Below, one piece after another: positions 56,015-64,000 of a stretch of 64,000 nucleotides of DNA. A model generated the notes under the pieces. It had not been told where the DNA came from, made no database searches, and saw nothing but the letters and a program-made list of their open reading frames with translations. Positions within the stretch are counted from its first letter, which is position 1. Every line of letters starts with the position of its first letter. The stretch is from the NCBI GenBank assembly GCA_964372665.1, contig CAYJRE010000001.1, positions 5,941 through 69,940 on the forward strand, read 5' to 3'. The translations under genes were made by a program, and so were the position numbers. The DNA is from an uncultured archaeon (GTDB lineage: Archaea > Iainarchaeota > Iainarchaeia > Iainarchaeales > VGJJ01).

Positions 56015-58225
56015 TTATGTTTCGATTTCGGCTGCAGCGGCTGTTTCGATTTCGGCTTTGGTCGCGGCTCCACCTAGGATTCCGCCCGCACTTTGGGCGG
56101 TTTCATCCACTTTTTTTTCTAATTCTTCGGCTCGTTCCTCGAGTTCTTGGGCTTGTTTTTCTATTTCGGCTTGGGCTTGTCGGTCTTGGGTTCCCTTTCC
56201 GGCTTCCCGCAATAGTCGAGCGGTTCGGTCGAGTTTGTGGGCCGCATGCCTCCATTTGGCAATGTTTTGGACTTCTTGTCCCTTATTGAATCCGAGGACT
56301 TTTCCAATTCCGTAGAAGAAATCATTCTTTTTCTCTTCTTCAAATTGGTCTGCCGCTTGGGCTTTTTCAGCCGCCGTGACTAATTCATCGGTCGCCGTGC
56401 CCACGATGGCCACTCCTTCTGCATCCTCCAAATAGTCGGATAACCTGGAAATGTCATCGATGGCATCTACTTCGATCGCTTGTTTTCGGGCTTTGCTGAG
56501 CTTGTCTTTCACCACTTCGAGCCGGCACACCCGTTCCACGTGTTCCGTAATGTGTTCTCGGATTTTTTCTCCGGTTGTTTGGCTTTGGCATTGGCTCCAT
56601 TGGCGCCGCGCAAACTTGAGGGTGCGCTCCGCGTGCTCGGAACATTGATTCTGTCCCTCTTCCATTTGTTCGCAAATCTGTTCGAATTGGTCTAATTGGA
56701 ATTGGGCTTGTAATTCGCACATCGTGCTCACTTTTTCTTCGATGTCTTCGAACGGATTGAACTCGGATTGTTGGCTTTGGCAATCGCTTTTGTATTTGGT
56801 TGAGTCAAAGGAGCCGGTTTCGCGGTCGCAATAATCCATGGGTTCCAAGTGTCCCCCGCCTCCAAATCCGGGCCCTCCCCCAAATCCTCCTCCGAACCCA
56901 CCGGGTCCGCCGGGAAATCCGCCGGGTCCCCCACCGTATTGTTCAGGTCTCCCCCCTCCGAAACCACTGGGTCCACTTGGATAGGGTTGGGGTCCTTCAT
57001 ACGGTCCAGGTCCAAATCCTGGGGGGGGATATTGTTGCTGACCTGGGTAAGGTTGAGGTCCGCTTGGATATTGTCCGGGTTGCGATACCCCTGGGAATCC
57101 TCCACTCGGATAATTGGGGTCGTAGGTTTGGTAAATCGTCACGCCTCCTGTTCCCGGGCTTCCTCCGCTTCCTCCATCGGGCGGAGGCTCTCCGCCACCG
57201 CCGCTTCCTCCTTCGGGCGGGTAATAAGGGCGTTGGGGATAATTGTTCTGCCAGTCTTGTTGATTCCATTGTTGGTTTTGTTCCCATTGTTTTTTTTCCC
57301 ATTCTTTTCGTTGCGCCTCGTTTTTGACTTCGCGCTCGCAGATGCGCTGCGCGTCATCGATTCGGTTATTGCACTGGTTGCTCATTTGTTTTTCGAATCG
57401 TTCTTTTTCCTTTCCCAATTGCTCTTGGGCGCGTTCCTTACATAATGCAATCACGTTCTCTTCGGAGGGCGGACAGCTGAATGGGGCATCCTTGGGTTTG
57501 AATCTACCAAAGAGCTCAGGCAGCTTTCCACAGAATTCCTTCACTTTTTCTGCCCGCGAAACCATTTTCTCGAAGCGCTTGCACACTTTCGAGAAGTTCA
57601 CGTTGGTTCCAATCCGCGAAAAGATGTCCTGAACAATCTCGTCCTCTTGGTTATCTAAGCATTTTTGGGTGTATCCGGATAATGTCTCGGGTTCGATCTC
57701 GCTGAACATGGCGCTTCCCACTTGTCCGCGAATGCTGGCGTTGATTACATCATCTTCCCTCAAACCAAAATCGCTGAAGGTAATACTGTTTTCTCTCGGC
57801 AATTCCACTCCCAAATCGCGCTCGTTAAATCCGCCGATTTCTTCAAACGGGTCTTGTCCAAATCCCGGTCCTCCAAATGGGTCTCCGCCAAATCCGGGTC
57901 CCCTGCCAAAACCACCAGGTCCAAAGTCTTGGGGTCCGCCGAATCCGCCGGGCCCGCTTGGGCCAAATCCTTGTCCGCCTTGTCCAGAATCATTCGGTCC
58001 TCCGAATGGTTGTTCTTGCGGGGGAAATCCCCCTTGTTGATTCGGGTCGCTCGGGAAACCGAAGGGGCTTCCCGCGGTTTGCAAACCAGTCGCGGGACTT
58101 TTTCCTTTGTACCAACCAAAGTCGGCAAAGGCAATGGGGATGGCGCTCGCTAATACAGCAAAAACAATCGCCAGCGAAGAGATCTTTTGGAAAGAGTATT
58201 GGGGGTGTTTCATGAGCAAACGCAA
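56015..58225 (-). CDS. large secreted protein with Gly/Phe/Pro/Gln-rich repeats, Cys-rich modules and C-terminal coiled coil (unknown function)
   Basis: Sec-type signal peptide (ISSLAIVFAVLASAIPIAFA). Repeated GGFGGPGFG / GPGGFGGG tracts. More than 20 Cys in paired patterns. Glu/Lys/Ala-rich tail. 736 aa. Confidence 0.6.
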   Translation of the reverse strand: MRLLMKHPQYSFQKISSLAIVFAVLASAIPIAFADFGWYKGKSPATGLQTAGSPFGFPSDPNQQGGFPPQEQPFGGPNDSGQGGQGFGPSGPGGFGGPQDFGPGGFGRGPGFGGDPFGGPGFGQDPFEEIGGFNERDLGVELPRENSITFSDFGLREDDVINASIRGQVGSAMFSEIEPETLSGYTQKCLDNQEDEIVQDIFSRIGTNVNFSKVCKRFEKMVSRAEKVKEFCGKLPELFGRFKPKDAPFSCPPSEENVIALCKERAQEQLGKEKERFEKQMSNQCNNRIDDAQRICEREVKNEAQRKEWEKKQWEQNQQWNQQDWQNNYPQRPYYPPEGGSGGGGEPPPDGGSGGSPGTGGVTIYQTYDPNYPSGGFPGVSQPGQYPSGPQPYPGQQQYPPPGFGPGPYEGPQPYPSGPSGFGGGRPEQYGGGPGGFPGGPGGFGGGFGGGPGFGGGGHLEPMDYCDRETGSFDSTKYKSDCQSQQSEFNPFEDIEEKVSTMCELQAQFQLDQFEQICEQMEEGQNQCSEHAERTLKFARRQWSQCQSQTTGEKIREHITEHVERVCRLEVVKDKLSKARKQAIEVDAIDDISRLSDYLEDAEGVAIVGTATDELVTAAEKAQAADQFEEEKKNDFFYGIGKVLGFNKGQEVQNIAKWRHAAHKLDRTARLLREAGKGTQDRQAQAEIEKQAQELEERAEELEKKVDETAQSAGGILGGAATKAEIETAAAAEIET

Positions 58226-58331
58226 CTTTTCCCCTATATATAAGATTTTTTGTTTGGATTTTGAAGAGAGCCCCCCTCGCCGCCGAGAAAAAAGAGGTAT
58301 TATAACCTATGGAGGCCATTTTTTGGTGGGT

Positions 58332-59444
58332 ATGGCTCTCGAGAACGTTTTTGCCCGTATTGCGCGGGACCAAGGCATCTTCAAGGATGAGCGCGTATTG
58401 TCTCCCGAGTATGTTCCAGACGTATTGCCGCATCGTGAGAATCAGATAAATTCGCTCGTGTATGCATTACGCCCGCTCGCGGATGGAGGAAAAGCGAGCA
58501 ACGTGTTTGTTTTTGGTCCGCCCGGAACAGGAAAAACGGTGACGTTGAAGTATGTCGTAGACCAATTGAAGGAGTATTCGTCGCGCGTCAAACCGGTTTA
58601 CTTGAATTGTTTTGCGTACAACTCGCGGCAAGCGGTTTTGTCGGAATTAACGCGAGTCGTTGAGCGTCCGGTTCCGGGAAGGGGGATGAGCACGCATGAG
58701 TTGTATGAGAAAGTGTTGGAGGGATTGAAGTTTGCCAAGTTTGTTCCCGTACTCGTGTTCGACGAGTTTGACCAGTTGATGGACCATGATGGCAACGAAT
58801 TGTTGTATGATATTCTTCGCATTCCCGAACAGGGAAGGCCCTTTGTTCCTGTGATTCTCATTTCGAATGATTCTACTATCCTTTCGCAATTGGATGGTCG
58901 CGTGCGCAGTTCGTTTTCTCACGAGCTCGCGGAATTCCAACCCTACACTCCACACCAATTGAAGGGCATTCTCAAAGATCGGGCGAATTTGTCCTTGTTT
59001 CCAAATGTGTTATCGGCCGACACCTTGGGATTGATTGCCGCTCACGCCTCCAAACGGGGAGGCGATGCCCGCGTGGCGATCGAAACCCTTCGAAAGGCCG
59101 CTCGGAACGCGGAGAAGCACAATTCGCATGAGATTTTGCCCGAGCATGCACGCGAAGCCTTTGAAGATAATGAAACTTCGGCAGTATTGAAAGCGGTCCC
59201 CTATTTGTCGGACTCGCACAAGCAAGTCCTAAACGCTCTCTTTTCACTCGGCGGAAAAAATATTCCATCGTTGGACTTGTACTCTCGTTTAGCGTCGCAA
59301 GGCGTGAACATGAGCGACCGGAGAGTACGGGAAATAATCACCGAGCTCGAAAAGAAAAAAGCCATCGCCACGCTCACGGATGCGACCGGAAGAGGGAGGA
59401 CCAAGCGCATTACTGTCAATTTTTCCCAAGAGGCGATGAAATGA
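58332..59444 (+). CDS. cdc6: Orc1/Cdc6 replication initiator
   Basis: LSPEYVPDVLPHRENQINSLV, Walker A GPPGTGKT, Walker B VLVFDEFD, and a C-terminal winged helix. Start at the internal Met of track ORF 58107..59444. Confidence 0.8.
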   Translation: MALENVFARIARDQGIFKDERVLSPEYVPDVLPHRENQINSLVYALRPLADGGKASNVFVFGPPGTGKTVTLKYVVDQLKEYSSRVKPVYLNCFAYNSRQAVLSELTRVVERPVPGRGMSTHELYEKVLEGLKFAKFVPVLVFDEFDQLMDHDGNELLYDILRIPEQGRPFVPVILISNDSTILSQLDGRVRSSFSHELAEFQPYTPHQLKGILKDRANLSLFPNVLSADTLGLIAAHASKRGGDARVAIETLRKAARNAEKHNSHEILPEHAREAFEDNETSAVLKAVPYLSDSHKQVLNALFSLGGKNIPSLDLYSRLASQGVNMSDRRVREIITELEKKKAIATLTDATGRGRTKRITVNFSQEAMK

Positions 59445-59770
59445 AAACAAAAAATACTTTAATCGACATTTACATCACCAACCCTTCCAAAGCGGGGGCT
59501 AAGCGAATCGCCACACATTTGTTAAAGAAAAAGCTCATCGCGTGCGCCAACATTTTTGACAACGTGAACAGCTTGTATAAGTGGAAAGGAAAAGTAGTGG
59601 ATGAAAACGAAACGATTCTCGTCGCCAAAACAGTCGAAAGCAAATGGAGCAAAGTCAAATCCGAGGTCGAGAAGATTCACCCGTATTCGATTCCGTGCAT
59701 CATCAAAATTTCCGTGGAAAGCAACAAAAAGTATTTTGATTGGGTCAAACGCGAAGTGAGGACAAAATAG
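59441..59770 (+). CDS. cutA: CutA1 divalent-cation tolerance protein
   Basis: Length and LIACANIF...YKWKGKV...E pattern of the CutA family. Confidence 0.7.
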   Translation: MKTKNTLIDIYITNPSKAGAKRIATHLLKKKLIACANIFDNVNSLYKWKGKVVDENETILVAKTVESKWSKVKSEVEKIHPYSIPCIIKISVESNKKYFDWVKREVRTK

Positions 59771-60398
59771 TTTCATCCAGTTGTTCGAATTCGGCAATAT
59801 CTTTGGGTGAGTTGAGCGCTTTCCAAAACCCTTCGTGTTTGTGCACGCGCAGCTTTATTTTTGGGAAAACATCGTATTCCAGGCTTCCTTTTTTTGGGAG
59901 TTTTTCCAACAACTCTCGTCGGTTGAAGACATACCATCCACAGGAGACCCATTCATCCAGAACGGGCTTTTCCACGAATGTGGCGTATCCTTTTTTTTCT
60001 TTGATTAACCCGAAAGGCAATCGCGGATGAGCGACAAAAATCGTGTGCTCTTTTTTTTCTTGCATGGCAGAAAAAGGGATGTCGGTGATGTCGTCGCCGT
60101 TCAGGGCTAAAACAAATTCCGAGCTTGTTTTTTTCATGGCCAGCTTCAATCCCCCTGCTGTTCCCAATGGGTCTTTTTCCACGGCAAATTCTATTTTTTT
60201 GTTTCCGTATTTTTGGTTCACGTGCGTGATGATTTCGTTGGCACCATAACCAATGGACAGAATGATTTTGTCCGCGTGAGGAATGAAATAGTCGAGTTGC
60301 CAATCCAAGATGGGTTTTCCTCGTGCTAGCACAAGGGGTTTAGGGAGCGGATTTTCCATGCGTTGCCCTTTTCCGCCGATGAGAAGGATGGCGTCCAT
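59745..60398 (-). CDS. sugar-phosphate nucleotidyltransferase (NTP_transferase family)
   Basis: LLIGGKGQRM (G-x-G-T/Q-R-L-type loop), LKLAMKK, and an NGDDI active-site region. Confidence 0.7.
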   Translation of the reverse strand: MDAILLIGGKGQRMENPLPKPLVLARGKPILDWQLDYFIPHADKIILSIGYGANEIITHVNQKYGNKKIEFAVEKDPLGTAGGLKLAMKKTSSEFVLALNGDDITDIPFSAMQEKKEHTIFVAHPRLPFGLIKEKKGYATFVEKPVLDEWVSCGWYVFNRRELLEKLPKKGSLEYDVFPKIKLRVHKHEGFWKALNSPKDIAEFEQLDETILSSLRV

Positions 60399-60756
60399 TT
60401 TGTTAGGGCGTGTTTTGGTTATTAACGTGTTTTTGGTTCATTGCTCGGGTTGTTTTTCTGCCTTTTTTGATCCGAATAGTCGTCGAGCCCGTGCCCGGAA
60501 CGTTTTTTTTGCTTCTTTTTGAATCGGCCAGTCGTCTCATTTCCTCCCGGTGTCTTTCTCGACCTTCCGGGAATCGCTAAAAATCGATGTCCGGTTGCCG
60601 CCGGCGTGCGGCTTCTTTGAAACCGTGCCCTCTCCTTCGCTGCTCGGCTACGAAGGTCTGGCAGGGCGTACGTCTGCTTGAGGCGGGCATGTTTTCGTTC
60701 AAGGAGGCCGGCTTTAAATAATGTCATCAGGGGTTTCCGCGTTGTCCTCAGATAAC

Positions 60757-60876
60757 TCAGAACAAGTCGCTGCAATCCATTTTTCTCCCGCAGTTGGGGC
60801 AGATGGTTTTGCATTTGTTTTCGTGCATTTTTGTTCCGCAAGTCAGGCACGTATGAGTGGTTTCGTTTCGAATCAT
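60757..60876 (-). CDS. small Zn-ribbon protein (39 aa)
   Basis: MIRNETTHTCLTCGTKMHENKCKTICPNCGEKMDCSDLF has two CxxC pairs. Its start overlaps the purD stop by 4 nt. Below the track's length cutoff. Confidence 0.35.
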   Translation of the reverse strand: MIRNETTHTCLTCGTKMHENKCKTICPNCGRKMDCSDLF

Positions 60877-62195
60877 TTTTTTACCCGATTCAAGTCTCTC
60901 CACCCGATGTCGGTGCGGTAGTGCAAATTGTTTCCTTCGATGTGGATGAGGGAAATGGCGGCATACGCATTTTGGCGTGCTTCCTGAACATTTTTTCCTG
61001 CTCCCACGATATTGAACAATCTTCCTCCATTCGCAAAAAATTTTTCTTCTTTTATTGAAATGCCTGCTCCATAAATAGTCACATTTTTCATTTCGTTGGC
61101 TTCATCCAATCCAAAAATCTGTTTTCCTTTCGCAAGAGAATAGTCTCCGGGGTATCCGCGCGAAGCCCCCACGACGCAAACCCGGTGAACATCATCCAAT
61201 TTTAATTCTGCATTTTCTAATTTTCCTTCCATGCATTTCAAAATGAGTTCCGCGTAATCGTTTTGGATTTTGGGCAAAACGACTTGGCATTCGGGGTCGC
61301 CCCATCGTGAGTTGTATTCGATTGTGCTTATTCCACTTTGCGTGACGATTCCTCCCACGTAAATGATTCCCCGATAGGGGTTTCCTTCCTTCTTCATTCC
61401 TTCGGTGACGGGTTTGATTTGTTGGTTTTCTATTTCTTCTTCGTATCCTTTTGTGATTTGTACTGGCGAAACGGTTCCCATTCCTCCGGTTTGGTTTCCT
61501 TCATCAAAGTTGTTGGCTGTTTTGTGGTCTTGGGCGGAGGAAACGATTTGGTGGGTTTTTCCATCGCTGATCGCGTAATGGGAGTATTCTTCTCCGATTA
61601 ATCCTTCTTCGATCAAAAACTCTTTTCCCGCTTCGCCAAAATTTTTCATGAATTCAATGTTGGTGTGGGCTTGGTTCACGCTCGTGGTTTTGAGTGCTCC
61701 TTTTCCCGCGCACAAGCCCGTGGCTTTGACAAAAAGCAATTGATTGGGGTTTTGTTGGTAAAGTTGAGTCGCGTACTCTTTTCCTTTTTCGATTGAATCA
61801 AAATACCGGTATTCCGGCGTTGGAATCCTGTTTCGGGTCATGAATTCGCGGGACCATCTTTTGTCCCATTCTAATCGCGCCGCGTTGCGTGTGGGTCCGA
61901 ACGCCATGAATCCGTTTTTTTGAAGCAAATCAACCGTTCCTGCCGCGAGCGCATCATCCTGGGCCACGTCGATTATGTCCGGTCGGTGTTTTTGGGCGAT
62001 GCGAAGGAGGCTTTCGGCATCGTTTAATTTGCTTTCTTTTTCAATTACGATTTCTTTCTTCCGATTCCATTTCATGAAATCGTTTCCGGGCGTGACAATT
62101 ATTTTTTGGATGCGCGAGCTTTTCTCGTATGCCGTGGAGAGTGCGTGTTCTCTTCCCCCGGATCCGATGATCATGACGCTCAAACTTTCGCTCAT
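60873..62195 (-). CDS. purD: phosphoribosylamine--glycine ligase (GAR synthetase)
   Basis: MIIGSGGREHAL N-terminus and an ATP-grasp core. Confidence 0.85.
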   Translation of the reverse strand: MSESLSVMIIGSGGREHALSTAYEKSSRIQKIIVTPGNDFMKWNRKKEIVIEKESKLNDAESLLRIAQKHRPDIIDVAQDDALAAGTVDLLQKNGFMAFGPTRNAARLEWDKRWSREFMTRNRIPTPEYRYFDSIEKGKEYATQLYQQNPNQLLFVKATGLCAGKGALKTTSVNQAHTNIEFMKNFGEAGKEFLIEEGLIGEEYSHYAISDGKTHQIVSSAQDHKTANNFDEGNQTGGMGTVSPVQITKGYEEEIENQQIKPVTEGMKKEGNPYRGIIYVGGIVTQSGISTIEYNSRWGDPECQVVLPKIQNDYAELILKCMEGKLENAELKLDDVHRVCVVGASRGYPGDYSLAKGKQIFGLDEANEMKNVTIYGAGISIKEEKFFANGGRLFNIVGAGKNVQEARQNAYAAISLIHIEGNNLHYRTDIGWRDLNRVKK

Positions 62196-62277
62196 TTCTA
62201 AAGTATAGGAATGGGGCTATTAAAGCCGTCTCGCACGCATTGGTTTAAAAGTATCGGATTTCGTTATTCGGTGTTAG

Positions 62278-62790
62278 GTGGGTAGAATGGTGGCTAAAAA
62301 GAGAGCAAAGAAAGGGCCCGGGAATATTGCGGGAAAGCAGATTCGGAAGCAGGTCAAAGGGGCCAAGACTGAATCGAAGCCAGTAAAGAAGGAAAAGGTT
62401 TCAGTATCGGCTTTCAACCCCAAACCCCAATCGTCTCTGCGGGGAATCATGAAAGAATTACAATCATTAAAAACGGAAGTTTCGGATTTGGAAAAGGAGG
62501 CAGCGCCTATGGCGAAAGGAAGTATGCGAAAACCAATGGAAATGGAGAATGGTGATTCTCTAGCTCCAGAGGAAGTGGCGGTAAGACTGACGCGTTTGTA
62601 TTTTGAGGAAATCGCTCGCTTGGGTTTCAAGCGGAGATTGGATTTCGATGCCATTATCAACGCATATTATTATTGCTTGCAGCGCTTGCAGAACAAGGAA
62701 AAGGAACTGGAAATCATGCGTAAAGTAGTCGAGCGGGAAGAAAACAAGTTGTCAGGCGAGAGCAAGACGCAATTGTTTCCCGAAATGTAA
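62278..62790 (+). CDS. hypothetical protein with Lys-rich N-terminal tail
   Basis: 170 aa with a basic N-terminus (KKRAKKGPGNIAGKQIRKQVKGAK). Confidence 0.4.
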   Translation: MGRMVAKKRAKKGPGNIAGKQIRKQVKGAKTESKPVKKEKVSVSAFNPKPQSSLRGIMKELQSLKTEVSDLEKEAAPMAKGSMRKPMEMENGDSLAPEEVAVRLTRLYFEEIARLGFKRRLDFDAIINAYYYCLQRLQNKEKELEIMRKVVEREENKLSGESKTQLFPEM

Positions 62791-62811
62791 TGTAGAGTAG
62801 CGGTCGCAAAG

Positions 62812-63084
62812 GTGAAACTATTTATGCAACTCAAGTATTGTCCGCAATGCGGTAACATGGATTTCGTGTCGGCTGCCAATGGATTGGTCTGCACCCTTTG
62901 TCATTTTGGGGGGCCGATGGCCGAGGGCCCGATGGACAAAATCAATGAGGTTCGAAAAAAGGCCCGGTCCAACCTCCAAAATATACCCAAACTCATTCCC
63001 TCGACGAGCCAATCCATGAAGGAATTGGCTGAAAAACTAAAGTCTTTAAAGGGAAAATCCTCCGAGGATGCAGAATTCTTGTGA
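62812..63084 (+). CDS. Zn-ribbon protein (hypothetical)
   Basis: CPQCG...CTLCHFGG is a four-Cys ribbon. Confidence 0.4.
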   Translation: MKLFMQLKYCPQCGNMDFVSAANGLVCTLCHFGGPMAEGPMDKINEVRKKARSNLQNIPKLIPSTSQSMKELAEKLKSLKGKSSEDAEFL

Positions 63085-63100
63085 GCGGGGAAGGGAAGGC

Positions 63101-63505
63101 ATGAAAAAAGAATTGGCGGACTGGTTAATGGTCGGACTCATTTTCCTTGTTTTGATCGGGTTGTTCATGTTTGTTCAAGCCCGTTCTCCCATCGTTACTG
63201 GGAGGGTTTTGGATTATTCTTTTTTTGAGCAAACCCCTTGTGTCTCGTATTCGGAAGGAAAACCCGTTGCCGTGAATGGTCGCACCCTCAATTTGTGTGG
63301 CAATCAAACCCACTCCGTGGATTATTTTGAACTCTTTTCGAACGAGACCACTATTCGGTGCAACGGTTCCACTATTTCAGGGAATGGGGGCGCGTTGTTT
63401 GTGGCACGAATTCCAAATCCAAAAGTTAGCCTCCAAAATTGTGTAGTCGAAAATTTTGATGGGTTCTACCAAAACAAAAACCCCGTGGATGTGCGAATCG
63501 AGTAG
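63101..63505 (+). CDS. membrane-anchored secreted protein (hypothetical)
   Basis: MKKELADWLMVGLIFLVLIGLFMFV TM anchor, then a Cys-containing domain. Confidence 0.35.
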   Translation: MKKELADWLMVGLIFLVLIGLFMFVQARSPIVTGRVLDYSFFEQTPCVSYSEGKPVAVNGRTLNLCGNQTHSVDYFELFSNETTIRCNGSTISGNGGALFVARIPNPKVSLQNCVVENFDGFYQNKNPVDVRIE

Positions 63506-63507
63506 CG

Positions 63508-63921
63508 TCACGAGGCGAGCAGCAAATCTGTTAATGTCTGGAAAGCGGATTGCCCGGTTTCGTGGAAAAGAACTTTGACGGCTTCTGGGTTCGTGGTCAG
63601 ATTGGCAGCGAGGATGACGGACCAATCCCTTTTTCTTCCAACCCTTTTTCGTAAGGATTCGTATTGTTCCAGATTTAAGCGCATGTTCCGCCGCGCGCCT
63701 GTTCGGGTTTGGGTGATGGTGAGATACACCCATTCTTTTTTGGTTCCCACCTTGTGGAAATGGCGAACGGTTATTTCATACGGTTTCTGAGGCGTGGGTC
63801 GGATGCGGGCGGAGCGCACCAAGCGAATGGCAGTGCGCGGCACTGCTTTCGTAGATATGCGTCCCGGTCTGCGGACCAGTCGCCTGCTTACTCGGGGTCG
63901 TTCTCGCATTGCGGAGGCCAT
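63508..63921 (-). CDS. hypothetical basic protein
   Basis: 137 aa, Arg-rich. No motif recognised. Confidence 0.35.
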   Translation of the reverse strand: MASAMRERPRVSRRLVRRPGRISTKAVPRTAIRLVRSARIRPTPQKPYEITVRHFHKVGTKKEWVYLTITQTRTGARRNMRLNLEQYESLRKRVGRKRDWSVILAANLTTNPEAVKVLFHETGQSAFQTLTDLLLAS

Positions 63922-64000
63922 ACCCTCTTTTATGGTTCTCGGCTTTTAATTCTTGCATATGTGGTTGGAAAGGTATGCCCCCAAGTCCTTGTCTGAATTG

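Noticed and set aside
58226-58331. Replication origin adjacent to orc1/cdc6
   Set aside because: Archaeal origins often flank cdc6, but the ~100-bp upstream gap shows only an AT-rich TATA-like stretch. I saw no repeated ORB-like motifs.
60422-60850. 142-aa Arg/Lys-rich ORF on the minus strand
   Set aside because: Low-complexity composition, overlaps the Zn-ribbon ORF out of frame, and sits in a GC-rich probable ncRNA/intergenic region. Judged spurious.

Overview
This 64-kb window is from an archaeal chromosome. The gene content and the many small or fused proteins suggest a small-genome, possibly DPANN-like lineage (inference). Archaeal hallmark genes recognised from the translations are ABCE1/RLI, Pelota, Elp3, the class-I CCA-adding enzyme, aEF-1beta with its upstream Zn-ribbon partner, S17e, RpoK, Pth2, Hjc, a DnaG-type TOPRIM primase, NurA-HerA, Rad50, topoisomerase IA, Orc1/Cdc6 and Cdc48. 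Cdc48 carries a canonical LAGLIDADG intein. A tRNA-Arg(UCG) lies at about 12.63-12.70 kb. The most notable region is a 12.4-kb single-strand type IV pilus locus at 31.4-43.8 kb. Its FlaI/TadA-family ATPase is interrupted by a second intein whose first residue is Met. It also contains two separate single-domain T2SS-F (TadB/TadC-like) platform genes, three tandem Flp/DUF361-like pilins (~55-57 aa), an A24 prepilin peptidase, about six more class-III-signal-peptide (pseudo)pilins, a membrane-anchored OB-fold protein, a polytopic membrane protein and a JAMM protease. A second cluster of six pilin-like genes at 53.2-55.5 kb is bracketed by two related families of ~123-bp MITE-like elements with terminal inverted repeats (family A and family B, two copies each). 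Copy B1 has inserted in-frame into a bacterial-type sigma-70-like gene, which is unexpected in an archaeon, and truncates it. A third ~157-bp hairpin-rich repeat is present twice. Other notable items: a vapBC toxin-antitoxin cassette with a palindromic operator beside a truncated methyltransferase; a tandem pair of structured elements next to the tRNA; a DUF167-DnaG fusion; a large secreted Gly/Phe/Pro-rich Cys-rich protein; and a GC-rich 360-bp intergenic region that may encode an ncRNA. The supplied ORF track treats GTG/TTG as starts. Coordinates I derived by hand may be off by 1-3 nt.
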